From an uncultured Planctomycetaceae bacterium (GTDB lineage: Bacteria; Planctomycetota; Phycisphaerae; UBA1845; UTPLA1), in contig CAYOZN010000023.1 of NCBI GenBank assembly GCA_964408455.1, positions 34,471 through 98,470 of the forward strand: a stretch of 64,000 bases of DNA, in the 5' to 3' direction. Under the pieces are notes generated by a model that was not told the DNA's origin, ran no database searches, and worked only from the letters and a program-made list of their open reading frames with translations. Numbering within the stretch: the first letter of the stretch is position 1; the number at the start of each line of letters is the position of its first letter. Position numbers and translations under genes: made by a program. Below, in pieces: positions 9,557-19,604 of the stretch.

Positions 9557-11851
9557 ATGAATCCGAAGACGACGCTGTTGATGGTGCTGGCTCTGCTGGT
9601 TGCGCTGGGCGGGCTTTACTGGGCCCAGTCCACCGAAGAGCGCGACATCGCGCCGCAATCCGACAAGCCGACAAAATTGTTCGACGTCGATGCAGACAAG
9701 GTAAGCGGATTTGAAGTGAAGCCGCACGACGCGCCGACGAGTTCCTTCGTGAAGACGGACGACAAGTGGCGGATGACGGCGCCGATGAGCGGGCCGGCGG
9801 AACAGGGCGTGGTGAGTGGCGACGTGCGGAAGATCGCCGGGCTCGAATACGTCCGGAAGTTCGACAAGGGCGGTCCGGAATATCCGGAACCGGCCGTCAC
9901 GTCGCTGGACAAGCCGCGGCTGGTTTTCAAGCTGACGGATGACACCGGCAAGGCACGGGTGCTGCGCGTCGGCCAGCAGCAGACGCTGTCGCGCCGCACC
10001 TTCGTTCAGCCCGAGGGCGACGAGGCGGTGTACCTCGTCGAGGGCGATCTGAATCGCGAACTGCGCCGAAAGACGACGGCGTATCGATCGAAGCGGATCA
10101 GCGAACTCAACAAGATGGACGTGACGCGGATCGAGCTTCAGGGCGAAGAGAATTACACCCTGGTGAAAGAGGCCCGGGGCTGGACGATCGAATCGCCGCT
10201 GAAGGCCCGCGCCGACACGCCGACGGTCAACAAGATTCTCCAGACGATGGAGAGCCTGACGGCGATCGATTTCGTGGACGACGCGCCGGCGTCGCTCAAG
10301 CCCTACGGGCTCGACGAGCCGAGCTATACGATCAGCGTGACCAGCGAGAAGAAGACGCTGCGGCCGCCTCCCCCGCCGCCGGCGACGCAACCGGAGATGC
10401 CGGAGTTCGACACAGAGACGAAGGTGGTGCGCGTCGCCTTCGGCGGCAAGGCGCAGTCAAACGTCTTCGCCAAGATCGCGGACGAAGGCAGCCCCGCGGT
10501 TTTCCAGGTCGGCGAGATGGTGTTGAAGAATGCGGCGCCATCGCTGGATACACTGCGCGAGAAGCGCATCCTGACGATGGTCAGCAATCGGGCGCAGCGC
10601 ATCAAGCTGAGCACGCCCGAGGGAGCGGCCGATCTGGTGAAGCAGCCCGGCGGCTGGCGGTTTGCCTCGACCGACACGGGCGTGGATGGGGACGCGGCCG
10701 ATGCCATGGCGATCGACGATCTGCTGAAGGCGGCGCGGGCCCTCCAGGCCCTCGGGTTTGAGACGGGCGAGCCGCAGCAGTACGGCCTGGCGAATCCGGA
10801 GATCAAGCTGGAAGTGATGATCGAGGGGCAGGTGGAGCCGGTCGAGCTGCACGTGGGCGACACGACGCCGAGCAAGACGGGCGTCTATGTGCGCAACGTG
10901 CGGGAGGATTTCATCGCGGTGGTGCCGGCCGAGTCGGTGACGCCGCTGCGGGCGAAACCGACGTCGTTCCTCAGCCGCGAGCTGATATCGTTTGATGTCA
11001 CGCAGGTGACACGCGTCGACATCAAGCGCCCGGACACGCCGTGTACGCTCGAGCACTCGGCCGGCGAATGGCGGTTTGCAGCGCCGATCGAAGGCGCCTG
11101 CGAGCAGCAGCCAGTCGAGACGCTGGTGAACGAGCTGTCCCGGTTGCGCGGGCGCAGCGTCGCGGCGAAGGCGGATCGCGCGGCCGAGTTCGGCCTGGAC
11201 AATCCCGCCTATCGCGTCGATGTCACCGTGCGGCCACCGAAGCCGCCCCCCGCCGCGGACGAAGGCGTGGAACAGGCGAGCATTCCGGATCCCGAGCCGG
11301 TGACATATTCGCTGGCTTTGGGCGAGCATGGCGGCAAGGCGTACGCGATGCGGGTGCCCGGCTTCACCATCTGCGAGATCGATGCCAAGGTGCTCAATGA
11401 CTTGAAGGCGGAGTTCCTGGAGGCGCGGCTCTTTTCGTTTGAGCCCTCGGATGCGACGGGCCTTGCCGTGGACGCCGAGGCTGATTTTCAATTCACGAAG
11501 AAAGCGGACGACTGGGTGCTGTCGGGCGAGGAATCATTTCCGACGGATGCCGGCAAGATTCGCGAATATCTGACGGAATTGAAGAATCTGCGCGTGCATC
11601 GATACGTGGCCTACCAGAATGCCGATCTTGACTCCCTCGGGCTGGCGACGCCGCAGACGCGCATCACGGTCGCCGGGCAGGATGGCTCGGAGCAGTCGCT
11701 GTCGATTTCTTCGGCCGGTCCGCAGGACGGCGGCTCCTACGCGAGCTTCTCCGTACATCCCGATCGGGCATTCGTCATCAAGCCGGACGCGGTCACAAAG
11801 CTGCGAAAACAACTGACGGATTTCCAGCGGTCGGCTTCCACCGGGAACTGA
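9557..11851 (+). CDS. DUF4340 domain protein (fourth gene of the GldG-type operon)
   Basis: N-terminal TM anchor followed by repeated beta-rich modules. DUF4340 proteins characteristically follow GldG. ATG with an AAGGA SD-like motif. Confidence 0.6.
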   Translation: MNPKTTLLMVLALLVALGGLYWAQSTEERDIAPQSDKPTKLFDVDADKVSGFEVKPHDAPTSSFVKTDDKWRMTAPMSGPAEQGVVSGDVRKIAGLEYVRKFDKGGPEYPEPAVTSLDKPRLVFKLTDDTGKARVLRVGQQQTLSRRTFVQPEGDEAVYLVEGDLNRELRRKTTAYRSKRISELNKMDVTRIELQGEENYTLVKEARGWTIESPLKARADTPTVNKILQTMESLTAIDFVDDAPASLKPYGLDEPSYTISVTSEKKTLRPPPPPPATQPEMPEFDTETKVVRVAFGGKAQSNVFAKIADEGSPAVFQVGEMVLKNAAPSLDTLREKRILTMVSNRAQRIKLSTPEGAADLVKQPGGWRFASTDTGVDGDAADAMAIDDLLKAARALQALGFETGEPQQYGLANPEIKLEVMIEGQVEPVELHVGDTTPSKTGVYVRNVREDFIAVVPAESVTPLRAKPTSFLSRELISFDVTQVTRVDIKRPDTPCTLEHSAGEWRFAAPIEGACEQQPVETLVNELSRLRGRSVAAKADRAAEFGLDNPAYRVDVTVRPPKPPPAADEGVEQASIPDPEPVTYSLALGEHGGKAYAMRVPGFTICEIDAKVLNDLKAEFLEARLFSFEPSDATGLAVDAEADFQFTKKADDWVLSGEESFPTDAGKIREYLTELKNLRVHRYVAYQNADLDSLGLATPQTRITVAGQDGSEQSLSISSAGPQDGGSYASFSVHPDRAFVIKPDAVTKLRKQLTDFQRSASTGN

Positions 11852-12064
11852 TCGGCGACCAATCGTCGGCCGCGCTCCGCCGGCGCTGGCGGAGTGACGG
11901 CAGACGTGCGGAAGCTGCCCGCCCTGCTGCGCTATACGCCTGGACTGCCGAGCGCGGTCTTGAAACGCGCGAATTGAGCGAATTCCTGAAATCGATCATA
12001 CTGTCCCGGCTGCGGGAGCGAGTAAGCCGCCGCGGCAGGAACGATTTTCCAGACGGGAGCAATA

Positions 12065-12847
12065 TTGCCCATGCGGGTTGAGAGCGGACCGAATCGAGAG
12101 CGGATGATACGCAATGGGCTGTTCCTGCTGATGTGCCTGGGCATGGGGGCGTATTTTCTGTACGACGGGTACGTAGGCTATCCGGCGCAGAACTTCCGCG
12201 AGCACGTCGATCAGCTTCCGCCCGAGCTTCAGGAGCAGGCGCGATCGGCCACGGTATATACAGGGGTAACCGACGATGCGCTGTCTGCCGTTGAATCCGC
12301 CCTCAACAAGGTGGATGTCAAGGACCAGCGTGCGGCACTGGAGGCGGCACTGGGTGGCCCGCCCTCATTTGAAACAGGCGACGCGTGGTGGTGGTTTGGT
12401 CCCGTGTATCGCTACCGGATCACGCTCCGAAATGGCCGGCCGGCGGGACAGTCAGAACTTCAGGCGGCCGCCAAGAAGGAGAACGATCTTTACCTCCAGA
12501 AGGCGATCGGGGCAGTGCTCTGCGGGTTGGGAGTCCTGGCGCTGGTATTCTGGATTCGCGTGGCGACGGTGCGGGCGGTGGTGGACGAAAAGGGGCTGCA
12601 GATCCGCGGCGGTCCTGCCATTGCCTTCGAGAGCATGACGGGTATCGACGACGCCAGCTTTCGCAAAAAAGGCTGGCTGGACCTGCTGCACACGCGGGAC
12701 GGCAAGGAACAACGGACGCGGCTGGACGAATATCACTTCAATCGTTTTCCCGAGATCGTGGCGGCCATCTGCGAGAGAAAAAACTTTCGCGATCCGGTCG
12801 CGGAAGAAAAAGCAGAGCGGGCGGCACGGGCAGCCGGCACAGCCTAG
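12065..12847 (+). CDS. hypothetical membrane protein (2 predicted TM helices)
   Basis: TTG at 12065 or ATG at 12071 after GGGAG. TM segments LFLLMCLGMGAYFLY and AIGAVLCGLGVLALVFWI. No known motif. Confidence 0.5.
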   Translation: MPMRVESGPNRERMIRNGLFLLMCLGMGAYFLYDGYVGYPAQNFREHVDQLPPELQEQARSATVYTGVTDDALSAVESALNKVDVKDQRAALEAALGGPPSFETGDAWWWFGPVYRYRITLRNGRPAGQSELQAAAKKENDLYLQKAIGAVLCGLGVLALVFWIRVATVRAVVDEKGLQIRGGPAIAFESMTGIDDASFRKKGWLDLLHTRDGKEQRTRLDEYHFNRFPEIVAAICERKNFRDPVAEEKAERAARAAGTA

Positions 12848-12926
12848 CGTGCGCGCAGGCGCAGTGCCGTCGGCGCAACGGGCTCTTCAGGCCGAGCAAT
12901 CATGCTGCCACGCAGGTGGGCCGGCC

Positions 12927-13439
12927 TCAGTCAAACTGGATGGGGCGGATCTGCTGGGGAGGTGGCGGCAGCGGGTTCAGGCGCGGCCGCGGATCGGAAC
13001 GGGACTCGTGCGAGTCACCTGCCTGAGACTGCCCGGCGTATGAGGGAGAGGCCGCCGCGGCCGGTGCGGTCATCTCGCAGCGGCCCTGAATGATGCCGCC
13101 GTCGCGGACGACGATCTTCGATGCCCGCACATCGCCAATGACGCGGCCGGTGGGGGCCACTTCGAGCAGCCCGTTGGCGGTGACGCTGCCGCGGACGCGG
13201 CCACGGATAAGAATGTTGTTGCCGGTCAACTCCAGGTTGAGCTGGGACGCCGGTTCCACCAGGATGTCACCGCAGGTCGCCAGCGACTTGCCGGGATGTG
13301 AACCGACGATGCGCAGGCTCTCGAGGGTGACGCGCTTCTGACAGTGCGGGCAAAAGACGGACAAGGCGCGGCTGGCCACGCGCATCATCCCGCGGCAATG
13401 GCAGCAGCGCATGATCTTGGTCGAAGTCGGATCACTCAT
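12927..13439 (-). CDS. bactofilin-family cytoskeletal protein with N-terminal zinc-ribbon (CxxC..CxxC)
   Basis: ATG at 13439 (the ORF track over-extends to 13571). Bactofilin beta-helix repeats ILIRGRVRGSVTANGLLEV / GRVIGDVRASKIVVRDGGIIQG. N-terminal CCHC...CPHC motif. Pro-rich C-terminal tail. Confidence 0.7.
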   Translation of the reverse strand: MSDPTSTKIMRCCHCRGMMRVASRALSVFCPHCQKRVTLESLRIVGSHPGKSLATCGDILVEPASQLNLELTGNNILIRGRVRGSVTANGLLEVAPTGRVIGDVRASKIVVRDGGIIQGRCEMTAPAAAASPSYAGQSQAGDSHESRSDPRPRLNPLPPPPQQIRPIQFD

Positions 13440-14076
13440 CGTATTGACACTCACGATTCCCGGGATTGTACAGATTCGAGCCGGTCGTTGCCATGCCGCA
13501 AGATGCGGCGCGATTGAACAAGCGGGCACTTGTGGAAAGTTCCGTCGCGGGCGCGCTTGATACACGTGCATCCCCTGCTACGGCGCGCAGGCTGTGAAAA
13601 GTTCTGTCGTTGTGATTTGCGCGTTCGATGGCGGCGCGCCGATGCTGCCGGCGGCGCGCGACGACTGGCGCAAGGACGCCGTTCGCGCCGCTATTTCGCG
13701 GCGAACGCGGGCGGGGTGGAAGCGTCGATCGCCGATGCGTTAATGGCTCTTTTCACGAATGCCCCCCCACCGGCTGACCGTTGGGCCCCTCTTCAGAAAC
13801 TTGTACGAACTGATGAGCGTGCTGCATCGTCCTAATAGTGAACGCGGTGCGCGCAGAATTGCCCCCGGCACGCACGACCGTCCGAGAAATGTGGATAACC
13901 TGTTAGTAATCGTTGGATATTTTCGGAACAACCGGCCGCCCGACGAGGAAGCTGCCGCGTGGGTGTTTGGTTTTTTTTCAGGCGGCGACAGCGGGCTTGA
14001 CTACACACAAGTCGTTGCCGCAATGGCGTTTATAGAAAGTAAATGACACGGCGATGTCACTAGCGGCGCTTCCTTC

Positions 14077-14105
14077 TTGACGAAAACAGGCATTGCTGTT
14101 AGGAT
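14077..14105 (+). promoter_or_regulatory. candidate sigma70-like promoter upstream of folC (TTGACG-17nt-TAGGAT)
   Basis: TTGACG at 14077-14082 and TAGGAT at 14100-14105 with a 17-nt spacer, inside an AT-richer intergenic patch. The predicted TSS falls within ~2 nt of the ATG at 14114. Confidence 0.3.
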
Positions 14106-14113
14106 GAGTCCCT

Positions 14114-15667
14114 ATGGCGAGATCAGCATCCCCCCTTAAATCCGCTTCCAAGACGAAATCCACGACCAGGAAGGGCCCTGACCGAAGTCGGACCTCGGCG
14201 ACCAAGCGGCCGGTCCGCGTCCAGAAACAGTCGGCGGCCCGGTTCCGGCGCCGCGTCGTTATCAGCGAAGGCGGCGTGATCTCCAAGTCCAGCGCGAAGC
14301 TGCTGCGCTCCTATCCGGCAGCCATGGACTATCTGGCGGCCCAGATCAATCACGAACGCCGGCCGCCGCGGAAGCATCAGCGCGGCATGTTCACCCTCGC
14401 GCGGATGCAGCGCCTGCTCAAGGACCTTGACCAGCCGCAGGACCGCTTCAAGTGCATCCACGTGGCGGGCACCAAGGGCAAGGGCTCGACGGCCGTCATG
14501 CTCGCCTCGATGCTGGCGAATAATGGCCTGAAGGTCGGCGTCTATACCTCGCCTCACGTCATGGACATTCGCGAGCGCATCGTCGTCAACGATGCAATGA
14601 TCTCGAAGCACGACATGGCCCGCTATATCGCCCGGATCGCCGAAGTGACGGCCGGATACGAAAAGGACCGGCCGACGTACTTCGAGATACTGACGGCCGT
14701 CGCGTTTCTGTATTTCGCCGAACAGGGTGTGGACCTGGCCGTGGTCGAAGTGGGCCTTGGCGGCCGTTTCGATGCGACCAACACCATCAAGCCCGAGGCG
14801 ATCGCGCTGACCAGCATCAGCCTCGATCACATGGCCCAGCTTGGCGATACGGTCGAGCAGATCGCATCGGAAAAGGCCGGCGTGTTCAAGCGCGGCGTAC
14901 CGATCATCTCGGCCCCGCAGCCGACCGGCGTGAAAAGGGTTCTGAAGAAGGCCGCCGATGAAACCGGCTCCAGGCTGGCGTTCGTGGGCGACGAGATCCG
15001 CTTCAGCTATCGGTTTGAATCTTCGCGCGAGGCGGGTCCGCAGGCACGCATCTGCATCACCACGGCGACAAGCCATTTCGATCATCTGCTCGTGCCGCTG
15101 GTCGGCGAGCATCAGGCGATCAATTGCAGCGTTGCCCTCGGCGTGCTGGACGTGCTGAAGGGTCGCGGCTTTGCCATCGACGACGAGAAGGTGACCGTCG
15201 GCCTGACAAAGGTCAAGCTACAGGGGCGCATGGAGATGCTGTGCGATGAGCCGCGCGTCCTGGCGGATGGCGCTCATAATGCCGCCAGCATCGAGGCCCT
15301 GATGCGGGCCATCGGTCAAAACGTGCCGTACGACAGCATGGTCGTCATTTTCGGCTGCTGCGGCGACAAGGATGTCGAGGGCATGCTGAAGCTGATCCAG
15401 CTCGGCGCCGACAAGGTGATCTTCACGGGCATCAACTCGCCCCGCTCAGCCGATCCACTCGAACTGGCGGCGCGGTTCGCCGAGATCACGGGTCGCATGG
15501 CGCAGGTCGCAACGGATCTGGCCGAGGCGATCGAGATTGCCGAGAAGGCCATCACCCGCGAGGACCTCATCTGCATCACGGGTTCTTTCTATCTGGTGAG
15601 TGAGGCGAAGTCGTTCTTCGAAACTCATCCTCATCGCGCGATGTCCACGCTCGTTCAGTCGGCATAG
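14114..15667 (+). CDS. folC: bifunctional folylpolyglutamate synthase/dihydrofolate synthase with ~70-aa Lys/Arg/Ser-rich N-terminal extension
   Basis: Mur-ligase P-loop HVAGTKGKGST and a conserved FolC core. An alternative ATG at 14324 (MDYLAAQ...) would remove the basic extension. Confidence 0.85.
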   Translation: MARSASPLKSASKTKSTTRKGPDRSRTSATKRPVRVQKQSAARFRRRVVISEGGVISKSSAKLLRSYPAAMDYLAAQINHERRPPRKHQRGMFTLARMQRLLKDLDQPQDRFKCIHVAGTKGKGSTAVMLASMLANNGLKVGVYTSPHVMDIRERIVVNDAMISKHDMARYIARIAEVTAGYEKDRPTYFEILTAVAFLYFAEQGVDLAVVEVGLGGRFDATNTIKPEAIALTSISLDHMAQLGDTVEQIASEKAGVFKRGVPIISAPQPTGVKRVLKKAADETGSRLAFVGDEIRFSYRFESSREAGPQARICITTATSHFDHLLVPLVGEHQAINCSVALGVLDVLKGRGFAIDDEKVTVGLTKVKLQGRMEMLCDEPRVLADGAHNAASIEALMRAIGQNVPYDSMVVIFGCCGDKDVEGMLKLIQLGADKVIFTGINSPRSADPLELAARFAEITGRMAQVATDLAEAIEIAEKAITREDLICITGSFYLVSEAKSFFETHPHRAMSTLVQSA

Positions 15668-16202
15668 GCGGAGCCTTTTTCAACTGCTCGCGCGTGGCGC
15701 CGGCCAGCAGGAAACATCCCGTCCATACCACGGCCATGATAGCGACGACGGCGATGCGCCCGGCCGAGGGAAACTTCACCACCGCCATTCCCAGGTAAGC
15801 CCAGAAGAACAGCGCGAACACCGCGCACAATACGACGTTGAGCGTGCCGCGCCGGATGCGGTCCTGCTGGAGCCCCAGGCCCGTCACCAGCAGGCTCAGA
15901 CCGCCGACAAACGTGGCCGCGACACCGATGGTCGCCCACAGGCGGACGGCATCGGCGGCGCCGAACCAGTCCTTCAATGCGTCGGTGCTGGTGCCGGGCG
16001 GAAGGCTGTCCTGCCACCAGTAGGCCAGCGACCAGACGCAGCAGGTGGAGATGCTCAGGAGAAAGCCGACGGACTGGAAGACGAAACCGGCGGCACGAAC
16101 GAACGACCGCTCGGGTGTCACGACGTCGGCATCGTCGGACCGGCTCTCGGCGTGGATAGGGCGGTGTGGCATGGTGCCGATCGGAAGGCAGCCGCGGTAC
16201 AC
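15576..16202 (-). CDS. hypothetical integral membrane protein (~4 TM)
   Basis: Hydrophobic segments with good GC3. Lies immediately downstream of yidC on the same strand. Its 3' end overlaps the convergent folC 3' end by ~90 nt, so the boundaries are uncertain. Confidence 0.4.
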   Translation of the reverse strand: MYRGCLPIGTMPHRPIHAESRSDDADVVTPERSFVRAAGFVFQSVGFLLSISTCCVWSLAYWWQDSLPPGTSTDALKDWFGAADAVRLWATIGVAATFVGGLSLLVTGLGLQQDRIRRGTLNVVLCAVFALFFWAYLGMAVVKFPSAGRIAVVAIMAVVWTGCFLLAGATREQLKKAPPMPTERAWTSRDEDEFRRTTSPHSPDRKNP

Positions 16203-16217
16203 AGGCGGAAGGCCCGC

Positions 16218-18320
16218 TCAGCGACGGCGGCCGCTGCCCCGCGGGCGATTCGGGCGATTGTCCTGGGCCGCCCTGGCCTGTTCGACGGTCTTTTGCAGCT
16301 CTTCAAACTTGCGAAGCAGAAAGCCGGGCTTGCGGGGCTGCGAGGGCTTGTCCGGCGCGACGTCCTTGTCCTTCAGGTGTTTGCGAATGTAGAGCTGCTC
16401 GCCCATGCCAAGCAGGCTACTGCAAAAAATGTACAGGCACAGGCCGCTGGGCATATTGTAGAAGATCAGGCCCATGAAGATCATCATGAAGTTCATGATC
16501 TTCTGCTGCTGGGCCATCTGATCGGGCAGGGGCCGACCTTCCTTGTCGTATTTCGGCTCGGGCGGCTTCTCGGGGCGGGTAAGCTTCTGCATGTATTTCT
16601 GCTGACCGTACATGACCACGGCCATGAAGATGGGCAGCAGATTCAACGAGCGGACCGGCCCCATCATCCACGAGAGAAGCGGGACGTTGAACGACGCGCC
16701 GAAGTCGATGATGGCGTCGGGTGCCGAAAGATCGCGGATATAGCCGAAGAATGGCGCGTGGCGCAGCACCACGTCCGTATTGAGGGCGGTGTACAGGGCC
16801 ACCCAGATGGGCATCTGGAGGAACATGGGGAGACAGCCCAGGATCGAGCCGGCGGGATTGATTCCCTCGGTCTTGTAGAGCTTCATCGTCTCTTCGTTGA
16901 GCTTCTGCCGGTCGTTTCGGTACTGCTGCTGAATGGCCTCCATCTTGGGCTTGAGGCGGGCCATGTTCTTCTGCATGCGCATCATGTGAATCTGGCCGCT
17001 GCGGGTGATCGGGTGCAGGACCAGGCGGACGATGATGACCAGGACGATGATGGCGATGCCCCAGTTGCCGAACACGGAGTGCAGCCACTTCAGCAGGCCG
17101 GCCATCAGCTGTGTAAACAGCTCGAAGGTGCACATGGAGGCATCGGCGACGCGCGTGAGGCCATAACGACGCTCGGGCGCGGCCTGCTGGAGAACGTCGT
17201 CGTTCTTGGGGCCAAAATAGATGTTGTGTGTCAGCTCGATGGCCTGTCCCGGTGGAATGTCGGCCGACGGCACCAGCTTCTGTTCGAGCGTCAGGTCCAT
17301 TTCCGCCGTGTTCGATTGCTGACGGGCGACGGCGACGACATCCTTCACGTAATCCGATGCAACGCTGCCGGCCTTCCGCGGCCTGGGATCGACGATGCAG
17401 GTGAAATACTTGTTGCTCAGTGCGCTCCAGAGCAGGTGATCCTCGCCGGGCGAGAGACGGGCGCGGGCATCCTCGTGCTTGATCACGTCGCTGCGGATGG
17501 CGGTCTCGCCGACACTCATGCGACCGTCGTCGTCCACGACGGCGATCATGGCGCGCGTCTGGTCATAGCGAATGTCCGCCCGCTCGATGCCAACCGGGCC
17601 AAGCTCCGTCAGCGACACTTTCTGCGGCCTGTCGGTGAGATTCTTGAGGTTGTACGTCAACTGGATGACGTGCGAGCCTTTCGGGACGGCATATGTCTTC
17701 TCGATTTCAAAGATCGGCGGCTCGTCGGGGTTGCGGCGCAACTGGGCCAGGAACGTAGCGAGTTGCGTGCCATTCTCGAGGGTACGCTCCTCGCGGAGTT
17801 TCCAGCTGGTATCGGAAAGCTGTACGGGCGGCGAATCGCCGACGCGCAGCGTCTGCGTTTCGAAGGAGCGCAGCTCCCGCCCGCCGTTCTCGGCCTCGAC
17901 GGTGCGGAGAAGGACGTACGGATCGTGGTCTGGATCCCTGGGGTTCTCGGCGACGTGCGCGCGATAATCGGCCAGCGTCACGGTGCGCACCGAGGCGCCG
18001 CGCGGATCGAGAACGAGCTTCAGGCGATAGTCGTTGACGAAGCCCTTGGAGGGGCGATCCTGGTGGTCGTCGCCGAGTTCGACCGGATTCGAGGGCTCAA
18101 TACTTGCATCCTCGGCGCCCGGGGACACCAGCTGCAATTCCCCCGCCGCTGGGCCGGTTGGCGAGGTGGTAGCCACCTGCTCCACTGCGGGCTGGCTGGT
18201 ATTACCGCCATCAGCGACAGGAGACGGCGGGTAGATGCGTCTCTGAATTTCGATCCAGCCAAAGACGACGACCATGCACAGGAGCGTGGCGAGAAGGGTG
18301 CGTTTGGTTTGTGAATCCAT
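16218..18320 (-). CDS. yidC: membrane protein insertase YidC (long periplasmic domain, C-terminal basic tail)
   Basis: Conserved YidC/Oxa1 core (WGIAIIVLVIIVRLVLHPITRSGQIHMMRMQ...LYKTEGINPAGSILGCLPMFLQMPIWVALY). ATG at 18320. Lys/Arg-rich C-terminus. Confidence 0.85.
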   Translation of the reverse strand: MDSQTKRTLLATLLCMVVVFGWIEIQRRIYPPSPVADGGNTSQPAVEQVATTSPTGPAAGELQLVSPGAEDASIEPSNPVELGDDHQDRPSKGFVNDYRLKLVLDPRGASVRTVTLADYRAHVAENPRDPDHDPYVLLRTVEAENGGRELRSFETQTLRVGDSPPVQLSDTSWKLREERTLENGTQLATFLAQLRRNPDEPPIFEIEKTYAVPKGSHVIQLTYNLKNLTDRPQKVSLTELGPVGIERADIRYDQTRAMIAVVDDDGRMSVGETAIRSDVIKHEDARARLSPGEDHLLWSALSNKYFTCIVDPRPRKAGSVASDYVKDVVAVARQQSNTAEMDLTLEQKLVPSADIPPGQAIELTHNIYFGPKNDDVLQQAAPERRYGLTRVADASMCTFELFTQLMAGLLKWLHSVFGNWGIAIIVLVIIVRLVLHPITRSGQIHMMRMQKNMARLKPKMEAIQQQYRNDRQKLNEETMKLYKTEGINPAGSILGCLPMFLQMPIWVALYTALNTDVVLRHAPFFGYIRDLSAPDAIIDFGASFNVPLLSWMMGPVRSLNLLPIFMAVVMYGQQKYMQKLTRPEKPPEPKYDKEGRPLPDQMAQQQKIMNFMMIFMGLIFYNMPSGLCLYIFCSSLLGMGEQLYIRKHLKDKDVAPDKPSQPRKPGFLLRKFEELQKTVEQARAAQDNRPNRPRGSGRRR

Positions 18321-18382
18321 CTCGTTGATCCGCCGGCGCCGGGTTCCCGGCCTTGCAGCCGAATTGCCCGCCAGGGCCGGCG

Positions 18383-19150
18383 TTATTTTCCTTCGTAAAG
18401 TCGAGCGCCCAGAAAATCGTCCAGGTGCGGGTTGTCGTGAATCTTGCGGGCCGTCACATCCACGTCGTACTCGACGCGGACGAACTCAACTTCGCTCTCC
18501 TCCTCGTTCACGATGACGTAGCACGCCCGCGGATCGCGATCGCGCGGCTGACCGACCGAACCGACGTTGATGATGACCTTCTCCTCGCCGATGGTGTACT
18601 TGTGCGCATCTCCCATTTCGTCGGGCGTTTCGAAATAGGGATCGTCGACGAAGACGCCGGGCACGTGCGTGTGCCCGCAGAAACAGGTGAGCGTCTGTTC
18701 CATGCGGTCGAAATTGGAGAGAAGCTTGTGCGGCGCGGTGTACACGTCATCGGGAAAGAGGTACTCGTTAATCGGCTTACGCGGCGAGCCATGCACAAAC
18801 AGAAAGCCGTTGACTTCCTTGCGGGGATTGAGGGCGCCCAGAAATCGCCAACGGCGATTGCGGCGCTCGGTGTCCTTTTCTTCTTCGAGAACGGCGCGCG
18901 TCCAGAAGGCGGCGCGTTCGGCGCTGACGTTGAAATTGGTGGGCTCGTAGAAGACGGCGTGATCGTGATTGCCGCAGAGGCTGAGCTCGGTGCGTTCGGC
19001 AACGAGGTCCAGACAGGCGGCCGGCTCGGGGCCGTAGCCGATGATGTCGCCCAGGCAGTAGATCGTCTTCAGGCCGCGCCTGTCGATATCCGCCAGCACC
19101 GTGCGTAGTGCTTCGAGATTGGAATGGATGTCGGAGATGATGGCGAACAT
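18383..19150 (-). CDS. calcineurin-like metallophosphoesterase (YfcE/ApaH-like)
   Basis: Motifs DIHSN, GDIIGYGPEP, GNHD, FVHGSP, GHTH. ATG at 19150. Confidence 0.8.
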   Translation of the reverse strand: MFAIISDIHSNLEALRTVLADIDRRGLKTIYCLGDIIGYGPEPAACLDLVAERTELSLCGNHDHAVFYEPTNFNVSAERAAFWTRAVLEEEKDTERRNRRWRFLGALNPRKEVNGFLFVHGSPRKPINEYLFPDDVYTAPHKLLSNFDRMEQTLTCFCGHTHVPGVFVDDPYFETPDEMGDAHKYTIGEEKVIINVGSVGQPRDRDPRACYVIVNEEESEVEFVRVEYDVDVTARKIHDNPHLDDFLGARLYEGK

Positions 19151-19170
19151 ATTCGGGGTGTCGGTCGCGT

Positions 19171-19401
19171 TCAGTGAGACGAAGGATCGGAAGGGCCGGG
19201 GGCCTCGGCGTGCGGCGACTTCGAAGGTGCGGCCTCATCGATCAGCATGATCGGGATGCCGTTGCGAACAGGGTATCGCAGGCCGCAGCCGGTGCAGACC
19301 AGCCGGGACTCGGCGTCGTCGCCGGGCTCCGGCGAGACCTGCTCCAGCGGCTTCCGGCAGCTCGGGCAGGCCAGGATATCGAGGTAGTCCTTGTCGATCA
19401 T
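19171..19401 (-). CDS. Trm112/YcaR-like small zinc-ribbon protein (DUF343)
   Basis: CPSCRKPL...CTGCGLRYPVRNGIPIMLIDEA matches the Trm112p-like fold. ATG at 19401 (the ORF track over-extends to 19452). Confidence 0.7.
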   Translation of the reverse strand: MIDKDYLDILACPSCRKPLEQVSPEPGDDAESRLVCTGCGLRYPVRNGIPIMLIDEAAPSKSPHAEAPGPSDPSSH

Positions 19402-19604
19402 GAGCGGCGTAACCCTATTTTTCGGCCCATTTTGCGTCGCCGACGGAATCAATGGAAAGACTGTATGCTAGGGATGGCCAATTGGCGCGTCAACGCGGGC
19501 ACCGCGGCGCGCCGTGTTCCGCGAAACGCGGCCCGGTTGCATGCGACCGCCCTGCCGTCCTTGTCCGCAGGCAGCGACCTTCGAGATTGCTCGCACAAGC
19601 GGGG

